A stretch of DNA of 64,000 nucleotides from Thermoplasmata archaeon (GCA_021827405.1 JAKAVY010000001.1:16861-80860), one strand, 5' to 3'; positions 38,518 to 48,137 are shown, numbered from the stretch's first letter. Numbers and translations are program-made. Notes: a model not told the origin generated them from the letters alone.

Positions 38518-40071
38518 ATGTCCGGGCCGGCCCCTGCCATCTCCCCGGCGCTCTCCCAGCGCAGTCACGCGGCATTGGAGGAGGCCCGGCACCTGGCGGA
38601 AACGATCCGTTCCCCCGACGTACGGGAGGCGGCCATGGCAGAGGTGGGACAGGGATGGGCCGCCTGGCAGAACCCGGGCCGTGCCCACCCGCTGGTGGAC
38701 CGCATCTCCCCCAATCAAGACCCTTTCCCGCAGTCCCCCTGGGGGGCCCTCCATCGGGCCCGGGTGGCGCTGGCCTATGCGGAGATGGGCTCGGCGGAGG
38801 CCGCCCTGTCCCGGTTCGAGGGGGCTCTCACGAAGTTCGCGGAGCTGCCTGCCTCGGCGCGGGCGGGGCTTTCCCATCCCTTCTGCGAGACCTTGGTCCG
38901 GGCGCACGAGCTGCTCGGCGACCCCCGGCTGATCGCCCTCGCCGAGCGGCTGCCGGGTCTCGAGGGAAGCCCTTCCGAGCTCGTCCAGGCTCTGGCCGCC
39001 CTCCTGCAGATGGAGCTCAACCTGACCCGGCTGGAAGGGGCCCGGCTGGCCTCCGAAAGGCTCCTGGGGCTCCTTAGGGCCCCGCACCGGCTGGACGAGC
39101 CCGCCCTGGACCGGCTCATGGAATTCTCCATCGGGTACGTGGAAGCCACCGCGGACCGGGCGGCGCTGACCGAGTTCCAGGACCGCGGGTTGCCCCTGCT
39201 CAGCCGACCGCTCTCCGTCAAGGCCCAGGCCCTCCTGGGCCGGGTGTATCGGGAGATGGGGGAGCCTCTCCGGGGGGAGCGCCTCCTTCGGGAGGCCCAA
39301 GGCGACCTCCCCACGCTCAAAGGGGTGGCCGACCGGACCCGGATCGGGCTGGAGCTGGCGTTGGTGCTCGCCCGGGACGGGAACCTCCCGGGCACGGAGA
39401 CGCTATTGCAGTGGTCCCGAGAGCAGACGCTTCCCCTGACCCGGTCGGGGTCCCCCTCCCCCTTCGAGGAGATCCTCATGCGGGGGCACGCGAACGCCTA
39501 TACCGCGCTCGGCCAGGTGGAAGAGCTTCGGCGGGAGACCCTGACCTGGCAGGAGGGCCCGGCGGGTCCCCTTCGGGAGACCGGACGGGAGTTCCTGGTC
39601 CGGCGATGGACCGAACTGGCCGCCGAACCCCCTCTCCTCCAGGCCCGGCTACGGCGGCTTCGGGAGCGTCTCGAGGTCAGCGCTCCAGAGACCTTCCGGC
39701 GCCTGGCCAACGAGGCGGAGCGGGCCCTGCAGGCGGGGGACCTGGTGGAGGCCCGCAAGGCCACCCAGCGTGCCAGCCGGGTGGCCTTGGCGTTCCTGGC
39801 CGAGACGCCGGACCTGGTGGAGGTCTGGACCACCCTTCGAGAGCTCACAGGCCATCTGGACCACTGGGACCCCCGGTGGGGGGACCGCCACCGGTTGCTC
39901 CGCAACATCGACGAGGCCCAAGAGGCCCTCCGCGCCCAGGACTGGCGCCGCCTACGACAGTCCCTCCGCAAGGCCCGGGAGATGCTGCGGGAACGCGAGC
40001 CCCAGGCCGAGCGGGGGCTCTCTCCCGGCCTGGACCCGAGCTCGATCCGGCCCCCGGACCGCGGGGCCTGA
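38518..40071 (+). CDS. Hypothetical alpha-helical (TPR-like repeat) protein
   Basis: 517-aa ORF filling the gap with typical codon bias. L/A/E/R-rich helices such as ARHLAETIRSPDVREAAMAEVG. Confidence 0.7.
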   Translation: MSGPAPAISPALSQRSHAALEEARHLAETIRSPDVREAAMAEVGQGWAAWQNPGRAHPLVDRISPNQDPFPQSPWGALHRARVALAYAEMGSAEAALSRFEGALTKFAELPASARAGLSHPFCETLVRAHELLGDPRLIALAERLPGLEGSPSELVQALAALLQMELNLTRLEGARLASERLLGLLRAPHRLDEPALDRLMEFSIGYVEATADRAALTEFQDRGLPLLSRPLSVKAQALLGRVYREMGEPLRGERLLREAQGDLPTLKGVADRTRIGLELALVLARDGNLPGTETLLQWSREQTLPLTRSGSPSPFEEILMRGHANAYTALGQVEELRRETLTWQEGPAGPLRETGREFLVRRWTELAAEPPLLQARLRRLRERLEVSAPETFRRLANEAERALQAGDLVEARKATQRASRVALAFLAETPDLVEVWTTLRELTGHLDHWDPRWGDRHRLLRNIDEAQEALRAQDWRRLRQSLRKAREMLREREPQAERGLSPGLDPSSIRPPDRGA

Positions 40072-40098
40072 GAACGCCTCCGCGCCGGTCCCCTGCCC

Positions 40099-40734
40099 CT
40101 ACGCGGTCCCGGGAGGCCGGGGGTTCCGCAACGCCTGCTGAGCTCCTTCGATGATCCGTTGGAACCTGAGCGGATGGGGCAAACCGGGCCAGGTCTCGTT
40201 GGCCATGTCGTTGGTGCCCAGGGCCTCGGCGCTCAAGCGTACGGTGCCGTACCCCAGGATCCGCTGGCCCACGCCTGTGCGGATCTCCACCCCCCGCACC
40301 TGGCCGAGCTGGATCTCATCGTAGTCGTGCGTGAAAATCCCCTGCTGGCGGATGACCCGGGTGGAGGTGACCACGTACACGGTCCGGATCCAACGGTAAT
40401 AGCGGACGGCAAAGAAGAGGACCCCGGCTAAGAGCAGGACGACCCCGAGGATGACCGGCCACGAGGAGACCGGGTACGGGACCTTCAGCAGCGAGCTCGA
40501 GGGGATCGTGGGGAGATAGGGCAGGTCTTGGACCAGCGAGGCGGACACATTGTGCCAGAGGATCAGGTTCGCGGCCAGGGCGATGACGAGGAGGGTCACC
40601 GGGCCGACCAGGAATATCCACCGGGTCGGATGGCTCTCGTAGAGCGGGACCTCCCCCTCGGTCAGGTACGTCGCCTTCAACAGATGCAAGACCCCGGGAG
40701 GAGAGCGGGCCGCGGGGGCCGGAGGACCGGTCAT
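40099..40734 (-). CDS. Membrane protein with bacterial PH (bPH_2) domain
   Basis: Two TM then YVVTSTRVIRQQGIF..EI.L..V..V....GQRILGYGTV. Confidence 0.88.
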   Translation of the reverse strand: MTGPPAPAARSPPGVLHLLKATYLTEGEVPLYESHPTRWIFLVGPVTLLVIALAANLILWHNVSASLVQDLPYLPTIPSSSLLKVPYPVSSWPVILGVVLLLAGVLFFAVRYYRWIRTVYVVTSTRVIRQQGIFTHDYDEIQLGQVRGVEIRTGVGQRILGYGTVRLSAEALGTNDMANETWPGLPHPLRFQRIIEGAQQALRNPRPPGTA

Positions 40735-41020
40735 CGCGTAGAAAGGGGGACTCCTTCGGTAAATATGTTGCTCTTCCTTGGACGGCGATCCGAATGCGGG
40801 CATTCTCTCCATCCGGCCGACGGCTTACTTTGACCCCCGGGTCCCGGCCCCCGGTCCCCGCCCGCGGTCTGAGAGGCCTTTCACGCCGTCCGGTGGAAGG
40901 GGCCTCGAGGTCCGCTCGCGCCCGGGGCCATCCTCCCCGTCCGCCGTCCCGGCCCGAGCGGACCGTAGGTCACCGCGTAGGACCCTCTCCCCGGATGACA
41001 AGGGACGGGAGGGTGCTCCT

Positions 41021-41875
41021 GTGAGCGTCACCGATTGTCATGTGCACATCAACCCCCTCTGGGAGATGCTCCCGGCGGCCCGGGCCCTGATGGAGCGGGA
41101 GAGAGGCGGGCTGGAGCCGCTCGACCCTTACCTGAACGATCCCTCCCGTTTCCTCGCTTCCTTGGACCGCGCCGGTGTGGACCGGGCGGTCCTGGTGAAC
41201 TACGTGAGCCCGGAGGTGGTCGGGTACACCGAACGATCCAACGATTTCGTCCTTCGCTACGTGCGGGGCCACGAGGACCGGCTGGTGGCGGTGGGATCGG
41301 TCCATCCCCGTCTCCACCCGGATCCCCGTCGCGGGGTCCAAGACCTGGCGGACCGGGGGATCCGGGGGATCAAGCTGCATCCCCCGCATCAGCTGTTCTA
41401 TCCGAACGCCTACCGTCCGGAGGAGGGAGGGGACGGCAAGCTCCAGGCCCTCTACGCGGTCTGTCAGGAGCTGGGGCTACCGGTGATCTTCCACACGGGG
41501 ACCTCGGTCTTCCCCGGGGCGCGGGACAAGTACGCCGAGCCCCTGCGGGTGGAGGATGTCGTTCTGGACTTCCCGGACCTGACCGTGGTGCTCGCGCACG
41601 GGGGACGGCCGCTCTGGATGGACCAGGCGCAGTACCTCTGTCGCCGTTTCCCCAACGTGTACCTCGAGGTCTCGAGCGTCCCTCCCCCCCGGCTGCTGAC
41701 GTACTTCCCAGACCTGGTCCGGCTGTCTTCCCGGGTGCTCTTTGGGAGCGACTGGCCGGGCCCGGGGGTCAAAGACCTGGGAGAGAACCTCCGGCAGTTC
41801 CGGGCCCTTCCCTTGCCCCCCGAGACCGTCCGGCGCATCCTGGAAGAGAACCCGCTTCGGGTCTTCCCCCCGTGA
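41021..41875 (+). CDS. Amidohydrolase family protein (amidohydro_2)
   Basis: DCHVH, GIKLHP, VIFHTG, LAHGG, LFGSDWP. Confidence 0.92.
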   Translation: MSVTDCHVHINPLWEMLPAARALMERERGGLEPLDPYLNDPSRFLASLDRAGVDRAVLVNYVSPEVVGYTERSNDFVLRYVRGHEDRLVAVGSVHPRLHPDPRRGVQDLADRGIRGIKLHPPHQLFYPNAYRPEEGGDGKLQALYAVCQELGLPVIFHTGTSVFPGARDKYAEPLRVEDVVLDFPDLTVVLAHGGRPLWMDQAQYLCRRFPNVYLEVSSVPPPRLLTYFPDLVRLSSRVLFGSDWPGPGVKDLGENLRQFRALPLPPETVRRILEENPLRVFPP

Positions 41876-41923
41876 GCGGGCCGCGGGCGGAGTATTATAC
41901 CCAAGGACGCTGGTCCGTTCCCG

Positions 41924-42412
41924 ATGCCTGAGGACGACGAGCAGCCGGCGGTGGGGGGAGCGCCTCCCGCCCCGGAGAAGGTCCCCCCTCCCTCCGGCGA
42001 GGGGACCTCCGGCGAACCCCCGGCCACCGAGGAGGTCGCCCCGGAGGTGGGCCCCGCCTCCATCGAGGGCGGGGAGGGAGTGGGACGGCTCCCCCTCCCC
42101 CGGCACGAGCGGGGGGAGATCTACGCCGTCGCGAACCAGTTGCTCGGAGCGGCGCGGATCCGGGTGATGTGCGAGGATGGCGTGTCGCGGATGGGACGGA
42201 TCACGGGGAAGCTCAAGAAGAAGATGTGGATCCGGGAAGGGGACCTGCTCATCGTGCGCCCCTGGGGATTCCAGGAGGGGAAGGGGGACATCCTGTTCCG
42301 TTACAGCCGGACCCAGGCCAACTACCTGAGCCGGCGGCATCTCCTTCCCCCGGCCCTCGACGTCTTCGGGGGAGAGCTCCCTCCCGAGCCGGAGCGGCGC
42401 CGGCGCCGTTGA
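41924..42412 (+). CDS. eif1a: Translation initiation factor aIF-1A
   Basis: QLLGAARIRVMCEDG..RMGRITGKLKKKMWIREGDLLIVRPW.FQ..KGDILFRY. TATTATA at 41893. Confidence 0.96.
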   Translation: MPEDDEQPAVGGAPPAPEKVPPPSGEGTSGEPPATEEVAPEVGPASIEGGEGVGRLPLPRHERGEIYAVANQLLGAARIRVMCEDGVSRMGRITGKLKKKMWIREGDLLIVRPWGFQEGKGDILFRYSRTQANYLSRRHLLPPALDVFGGELPPEPERRRRR

Positions 42413-42414
42413 GC

Positions 42415-43944
42415 ATGGTGGAGTCGGCCCTCCCCTCCCCGCGCCCGTATTCCGGGCTGGAGGTACGCGTCTTGGAGGCCAACGCCATGGCCCGGGGGTG
42501 TTCCCTCGCGGGGTTGATGGAGAGCGCCGGCCAGGTGGTCGCAGAGGAGGTCCGGAGGCATCTGCCGCCCCCTCCCTCTCCCGTAGGGATCGTGGTGGGA
42601 TCTGGCAACAATGGGGGCGACGGGTTGGCGGCCGCCTACTACCTCAACCTGAACGGCCATCCCCCACGCATCTGGATGCTCCAGCCCCCTTCCGAACTGC
42701 GTTCGGAGATGGCCCGGGGGATGTGGCGGCGGGTCGCCGCCTTCCCGGGGTTCACGGTGGGCATCCCGAAGGTGGCGGACCTCTCCGAGCTGCCCTTGGT
42801 GGTGGATGCCATGATCGGGACCGGCGGGGAGGGGGAACTGCGGGAACCGTATCGGACCGCGGTGACGGAGATCAATGCCTCGCACGCCAACGTCCTGTCC
42901 GTCGACCTGCCGACCGGGCTCGGGACGTCGACCCCGCTCCAGGCCCGCTGGACCATCTCCCTCGAGGTGCTCAAGGAAGGGATGGACCACCCGTCGGTGG
43001 GAGAGGTGACGGTCCGTTCCATCGGCATGCCCCCGGAGGCGAAGGAGGAGACCGGACCGGGGGAGTTCCACTTCTTCCCCCAGCCCGGCCCGAACGCCAG
43101 AAAGGGCTCCCAGGGGCGGCTCGTGGTGGTGGGCGGAGGGCCCTACCCGGGCGCCCCGACGCTGGCGGCCCTCGCCTCCCTCAAGGCGGGGGTGGACATG
43201 ATCTTCCTGGTGGTCCCGGGCGGGGTGGCCGACGTCATCCAGGGATACTCGCCCGAGATCATCGTCCGGGGTGTGGGCCACGGGCGAACCTTCCAGGAGG
43301 AGGAGGCCTCCACGCTCTGGAGCCTCGTCCAGACCCTTAGGCCAGACGCCCTCCTGGTGGGGAACGGGGCAGGGACCGATCCCTCCACCGTGGTCGCCCT
43401 GGAGGAGTTCCTGGAGCAGGCGCTGGCCCGGGTGCCGGTGGTCCTCGACGCCGACGGTCTCAGGGTGGTCGGACAGCGGCGGGGCTCTCCCTTCCGTGAC
43501 CAGGATGCCCGACGGTTATTGATGACGCCGAACGGGCGCGAGTACGCCCATCTGAAGGACCCCCGGTCGCCGGCCCTGGCGCCGGTCGAACCGTTGGAGG
43601 TCCGTACGCTCGCCCGTCAGCTCCGGGCCACCCTCCTGGTCAAAGGAGCGACGGACTGGGTCTCGGACGGGTCCGCGGTCTGGGCGAACCGGGTCCACCA
43701 TCCCGCCCAAGTGGTGGGAGGGGCGGGGGACACCCTCGCCGGGGTGGCCGCCTCCCTGATGGCCCGGGGGCTCTTCCCCTCGCAGGCGGCCCGACTGGCC
43801 ACGTATTGGGTGGGCACGGCCGCGTTACGGCTCTTCCCCCGGACCAGCTACGGCATGACCCCGCTGTCGCTCTCCGACGAACTGCCGGGGGCCCTGGCCG
43901 AGGGCCTGGCCCGGGCGCCGGACCCTCGCCGGGCTCAGGCGTAA
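42415..43944 (+). CDS. nnr: Bifunctional NAD(P)H-hydrate epimerase/dehydratase
   Basis: LMESAG, GSGNNGGDG, VDAMIGTG, SVDLPTG, KGSQG..VVGGGPYPGAP, DADGL, GGAGDTLAG. Confidence 0.93.
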   Translation: MVESALPSPRPYSGLEVRVLEANAMARGCSLAGLMESAGQVVAEEVRRHLPPPPSPVGIVVGSGNNGGDGLAAAYYLNLNGHPPRIWMLQPPSELRSEMARGMWRRVAAFPGFTVGIPKVADLSELPLVVDAMIGTGGEGELREPYRTAVTEINASHANVLSVDLPTGLGTSTPLQARWTISLEVLKEGMDHPSVGEVTVRSIGMPPEAKEETGPGEFHFFPQPGPNARKGSQGRLVVVGGGPYPGAPTLAALASLKAGVDMIFLVVPGGVADVIQGYSPEIIVRGVGHGRTFQEEEASTLWSLVQTLRPDALLVGNGAGTDPSTVVALEEFLEQALARVPVVLDADGLRVVGQRRGSPFRDQDARRLLMTPNGREYAHLKDPRSPALAPVEPLEVRTLARQLRATLLVKGATDWVSDGSAVWANRVHHPAQVVGGAGDTLAGVAASLMARGLFPSQAARLATYWVGTAALRLFPRTSYGMTPLSLSDELPGALAEGLARAPDPRRAQA

Positions 43945-44567
43945 CGGATGCGGCCCCGGATCTCTTGCGCCCGGGTCAGGCTCTCCCGGGCCCCCGGGAA
44001 GACGCCCTCGTAGCCGGCCCGGAAGGCCTGCAAGAGACGGGGCGCCTCGGCGGAAAGGGTGTTCAGGTCCTCTTCCACGAGGTGGAGGTCGATCCCCAGC
44101 TCCTCCAGGTCCGGCTCCCGGGAGCCCAACGAGAGATCGAGGAGGGTCAAGTGGTCCCCATCCCAGAGCACATTGGAGGCCGTGAGGTCCCCATGCGAGA
44201 TCCGGGCGGCGTGGAGGCGGCCGAGGAGCGTTCCCCAGCGTCCGCAGAGGGCCTCCTGTTCCGAGAGCGGGCCCGCCCCGGGACCCAGGAGCTCGGTGAG
44301 GGGTCTGCCCGGCAAGCGCTCCAACACCAAGGAGAACCCCTCCTCGTCCACGTCCAGGACGAGGGGGGTCGGCACCCCGGCGCGGCGGGCGTCCCTAAGC
44401 AGACGGACCTCGGTCCGGATCCGTCCGAGCCGGAGACGCCGGTCCAGGTCCTCGGGACGGTAGCTCTTCTCGGGCCGGACCTTGCGGACCGCGGGTACCC
44501 CGAGGAAGTCTTCCTCGCTGACCCGGGCCTCGGCCCCCTCCGCCAGGAACCCGCGCGCTTGGCCCAT
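43935..44567 (-). CDS. bud32: KEOPS complex kinase/ATPase Bud32
   Basis: EGAEA, K.R..KSYR..LD.RLR..R.R.EVR, HGDLTASN, DLHLVEE, IRGRIRY. Confidence 0.92.
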   Translation of the reverse strand: MGQARGFLAEGAEARVSEEDFLGVPAVRKVRPEKSYRPEDLDRRLRLGRIRTEVRLLRDARRAGVPTPLVLDVDEEGFSLVLERLPGRPLTELLGPGAGPLSEQEALCGRWGTLLGRLHAARISHGDLTASNVLWDGDHLTLLDLSLGSREPDLEELGIDLHLVEEDLNTLSAEAPRLLQAFRAGYEGVFPGARESLTRAQEIRGRIRYA

Positions 44568-44580
44568 GGGATCGCGCCGG

Positions 44581-45474
44581 TCAGGGCGTCGGGGGGGCCC
44601 CGCCCTTCCGGTGCGCCTCCACGCGGAGGATCGCCTCCCGGGCGAGGCGGGCCGCCAGGGCGCTGGTGTTCCCCTGGTCCCATGGCGGGGAGACCTCCAT
44701 GATATCGAGGCCCGCGAGCCGGGGGGCCGCCAGGTCGATCACGGTCTTCACATCGAGCGGGGTCAGCCCGAACGGTTCGGGGGTCCCGGTGGCCGGGGCG
44801 TATGCTGGGTCGATCCCATCGATGTCCAGGGTGATGTAGACCCGTTCCGTGCCCAACCGTTCCAGGGCCCGCGCCACCACCGCCCGGATGCCGTCCCGGT
44901 GGATGTCGTAGGCGCTGAAGTAGGGCATCCCCAGGCGGTCGTTGTCCTCCTTCTCGTCCCGGGACATGGAGCGGACCCCCAGCACCACGACCCGGGAGGC
45001 CCCCAGGTGCTCCACCATCCGGCGCGCGGAGCAGGCGTGGCTACGGCGATCGCCCAAATAGCTCTCCCGGAAGTCCAGGTGCGCGTCGAGGTAGAGGACG
45101 CCGAGGGAAGCGTCCCGGGGGGCCGACTCCACCACGGGGGGGGCGCACGCATGGTCCCCGCCGAAGACGATGGGAAACTTCCCGTCCTCCCAGAGGGGTC
45201 TCACGAGCTCTCGAACCCCCCGGACCATGTCTTCGGCGCTGCCGAACTCCTCGGCGTTCCCCAGGTCATGGACCGGGATCTCGCTGAGGTCCAGCCCGGT
45301 CTCGAAGTTGTAGGGCTCGAAGTTCCAGGACTGTTGGCGGATGGCGTCCGGGCCAAAGCGTGCTCCAGGGCGGAACGAGGTGGTCCGGTCGAACGGGACG
45401 CCGAGGATGACGTAGCGAGCTTCCTTGAGGGTCGCCGCGGCGTCAGCGAACGTGGGCAACTGGGTCGCCGGCAT
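44581..45474 (-). CDS. speB: Agmatinase
   Basis: GVPFDRTTSFRPGARFGP, GGDH, DAHLD, SHAC, DIDGIDPAYAPATGTPEPFGL. CTTATAG about 26 nt upstream. Confidence 0.95.
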   Translation of the reverse strand: MPATQLPTFADAAATLKEARYVILGVPFDRTTSFRPGARFGPDAIRQQSWNFEPYNFETGLDLSEIPVHDLGNAEEFGSAEDMVRGVRELVRPLWEDGKFPIVFGGDHACAPPVVESAPRDASLGVLYLDAHLDFRESYLGDRRSHACSARRMVEHLGASRVVVLGVRSMSRDEKEDNDRLGMPYFSAYDIHRDGIRAVVARALERLGTERVYITLDIDGIDPAYAPATGTPEPFGLTPLDVKTVIDLAAPRLAGLDIMEVSPPWDQGNTSALAARLAREAILRVEAHRKGGAPPTP

Positions 45475-45951
45475 GCCCTCCTCCCGACCCCCCTCGGCTA
45501 TAAGAGGGCCCCTCCGGGGGGATGGCCCTGTCCTACCGGGAACGATCGGGACCGTGCCCCCGCCGGAGACCCGGGCCTGTGGAAGACTGCCTGCCCCGGG
45601 TCATCCCTGGCGGCTACCCCTCCCGTCCCTGGGAATGTCTCGGTTTGCCACGCCGGAGGGGTAAGCCCTTTGGGCCGTACGGGAGGACCCGGAAGCGGCC
45701 ACGCCAGCAGCCGCCAGCAAGCCCCGGGCCTCTGGAGCCTCCTGCCAAGGGACAAGCCTGGACCGCGGCGAGCGGCCGGGCCCGCCTCCATTCGGGGGCG
45801 GCTCAGGTCCTGCCCATGCGGCCCACCTTGGCCCCCCGGGGAACCGGAAGGTACTTCACGGTCTTGCAGGCCCATCAAGACCCGGGAACCTCTTGCGCCA
45901 GGAACTCCAGGGTCCACCTCCGTCGCGCCATCCTGCGTCAGACGGGGAGCC

Positions 45952-45967
45952 GTCAACCCGGGTTGAC
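45952..45967. promoter_or_regulatory. Perfect 16-bp palindrome GTCAACCCGGGTTGAC, putative operator
   Basis: Exact inverted repeat in an intergenic region, immediately beside a TTAA-containing TATA-like element (45973-45980). Confidence 0.55.
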
Positions 45968-46041
45968 ATAGGGATTAAGAACCCGATCGGGGCCTCAAAT
46001 GCGCACCCTGCTGAGGGGCGTGGGAGAGAGTACTTGAGGAG

Positions 46042-46662
46042 ATGTCCCTGAGCATCGGAAGGAAAGAAGACTGTCCGTGGAAGAACAGCGCCCACTGCCC
46101 GCTTGGCGCGGCCCGCCCCGAGGAGAGGCCGGTCCTGAACATGCGTCTGGACGCGGCCCCGGCCGGTATGATCGCCTGCGCCTGCGTGTCCTCCCACGAC
46201 GCCGGGGGAGCGCGGGAAGGCCCGGGACCCGTTCCTTGGGAGGCATTGGGGCCGCCGCTCTACATCGAAGCGGCGGAGAACCGGCTGAAGCGGATCGGAC
46301 CCCGGGAGTGGGGGGTTCTCCAGAACGTGCTCCGACACCCTCTTGCGGGCCTGCCCGCGCTCGGCCTTCAGTTGCTTCCGGAGAGATTGCAAGACCACCT
46401 TCTAGACGCGGTCCAGGCGGGCTGGGAGACCAACCTGAGGCTCAATCTGGAGCCCTTGGCCGTCGCGCCAGACCGGTTTTCCGTCCTCGCGCTCCGCGCT
46501 TTGTGCCAGGAAACCGGGACCCGGTTCGTGGTCGATGAGGCAGAGCCCGTTTCCTCTGGCGCGACGAGCCCTGACGGAGCTTCGGCTGCCCTGTCCCTTG
46601 TCTCGAGGAAGGCCTCCAGCGTAGCGGCACCTTCCGGGACTGGGAACCTGGTCGACCCGTAG
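46042..46662 (+). CDS. Hypothetical protein
   Basis: 206-aa ORF with GAGGAG RBS directly before ATG and plausible composition; no family recognised. Confidence 0.55.
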   Translation: MSLSIGRKEDCPWKNSAHCPLGAARPEERPVLNMRLDAAPAGMIACACVSSHDAGGAREGPGPVPWEALGPPLYIEAAENRLKRIGPREWGVLQNVLRHPLAGLPALGLQLLPERLQDHLLDAVQAGWETNLRLNLEPLAVAPDRFSVLALRALCQETGTRFVVDEAEPVSSGATSPDGASAALSLVSRKASSVAAPSGTGNLVDP

Positions 46663-46825
46663 CGAGGGCGAAGGCCTCCGCGAGCCCGCCGGCACCCCCT
46701 GAGCGACCGGGGGGTCCGGCCCGGCTGCCCCGAAGCCCCCTTGCGCGGCCCCCGGGGAGATGGGTCCAGTCCGCTTGACGGGGGCTGTTTAAGCGCTCGC
46801 CCTGGTCTCCCTCCCTGGTACGACC

Positions 46826-47218
46826 ATGGCCGCCAGTGGGGAGAGACGCCCCGGGGGGTTCCCTCGCCAGGGCATCGTTTGGGTCTTCGCGGGACTCCTC
46901 CTCCTGGCCGGGGTCCTGCTCTTCCTTCTGGGGGAAGCTTCCAGCGGGGGTACCCGGTTCGGCTGGGGGATGATGTACGGGGGTGGGGCCTTCGGATATT
47001 TCGCGCTGGCCGGGGGTCTCATCATGGTCGGGGCCCTGCTCGTCGTGGTCCTCCTCGTCCTGCTCTTCGTTCGGGCCGCCAACGCCCTTGTCCCCGAGCG
47101 CCCCTTCCCGGTCGCTCCCGAAGAGCCTCTCGCGATCGTCCGACGGCGCTACGCAGAAGGGGACATCTCCAAGGAGCAGTTCGAACAGATGACCCGGGAC
47201 CTGACCTCCGCGCGGTGA
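46826..47218 (+). CDS. SHOCT domain-containing membrane protein
   Basis: Two TM, GWGMMYGG, C-terminal PLAIVRRRYAEGDISKEQFEQM. TTTAAG upstream. Confidence 0.9.
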   Translation: MAASGERRPGGFPRQGIVWVFAGLLLLAGVLLFLLGEASSGGTRFGWGMMYGGGAFGYFALAGGLIMVGALLVVVLLVLLFVRAANALVPERPFPVAPEEPLAIVRRRYAEGDISKEQFEQMTRDLTSAR

Positions 47219-47335
47219 TCGAGCGGGCTTCGGGGGTCCCTCGATCCCAAGCCCGGGACCAGGAATGCGTCTCCGAGGCGCAAAGGGCATAGCCCTATCT
47301 GCCCTGGCTTCCCCGACCCCAAGAGGTAAGCGCCC

Positions 47336-48130
47336 GTGAACGAACACAAGTATCTGGTCCTAAAGGAGGAAGAGGACGGCGTCGTCGTCCTCGTCCTGAA
47401 GAACCCCCCGGTCAACGCGCTTTCTACCGGGCTGCTCACGGACCTCGAGGAAGTGGTCGGGGCCCTGGCCAAGGACCGGAGCAAGAGGGCCGTGATCCTG
47501 ACGGGAGAGGGTTCGTACTTCTCTGCGGGGGCAGACCTCAAGGAGATGGCCGGGATGGTGGGGGAGTTCCGGACCGAGGCCCCAAAGGTCGTCGCCCGGG
47601 GGCACCGGCTCTTCCGGGCCCTGGAAGACCTGCCGATGCCGGTGATCGCCGCCATCAACGGGCTGGCTCTGGGGGGGGGGCTCGAACTGGCGCTCTCCTG
47701 TGACCTGCGTGTGGCGGGCGATACCGCCAAGCTCGGAGCCACCGAGGTGAGCTTCGGCCTGATCCCTGCCTACGGCGGGACGCAGCGGCTACCCCGGCTG
47801 GTCGGGCTCGCCAAGGCGAAGGAACTGATCTTCAGCGCCACCATGGTCCCGGCCAGCGAGGGATTGAGGTGGGGCCTGGTGAACCGCACCGTGCCGGCGG
47901 GGCAGGAGCTTCGAGCGGCCCGGGACCTGGCCCACACCATCGCCCAAAAGGCTCCCCGGGCGGTCGCCGCGGCCAAGGCGGCGATCCAGTTCGGTTACGA
48001 CCACTCCCTGGAGGAGGGCCTCCGCCGAGAGGCGGAGCTCTTCTCCCAGGAGGTCCTGCCCAGCGAGGACCTCCTCGAGGGGATCGCGGCCTTCGTGGAG
48101 CGGCGCCCTCCCAAGTTCACCGGGAGGTGA
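47336..48130 (+). CDS. Enoyl-CoA hydratase/isomerase
   Basis: PPVNAL, FSAGADL, IAAINGLALGGGLELALSCD, PAYGGTQRLPRLVG. Confidence 0.95.
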   Translation: MNEHKYLVLKEEEDGVVVLVLKNPPVNALSTGLLTDLEEVVGALAKDRSKRAVILTGEGSYFSAGADLKEMAGMVGEFRTEAPKVVARGHRLFRALEDLPMPVIAAINGLALGGGLELALSCDLRVAGDTAKLGATEVSFGLIPAYGGTQRLPRLVGLAKAKELIFSATMVPASEGLRWGLVNRTVPAGQELRAARDLAHTIAQKAPRAVAAAKAAIQFGYDHSLEEGLRREAELFSQEVLPSEDLLEGIAAFVERRPPKFTGR

Positions 48131-48137
48131 GGGGGGG

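Noticed and set aside
45500..45950. Possible SRP RNA or RNase P RNA in a long GC-rich intergenic region
   Set aside because: No SRP helix-8 (CAGG..GGAA..AGCA) or RNase P (GAGGAAAGUCC) consensus found by eye; an Infernal scan would settle it.
45952..45967. GTCAAC...GTTGAC as a HEARO/omegaRNA (IscB) 5' end
   Set aside because: Only a 4-nt spacer and no IscB/TnpB gene nearby.
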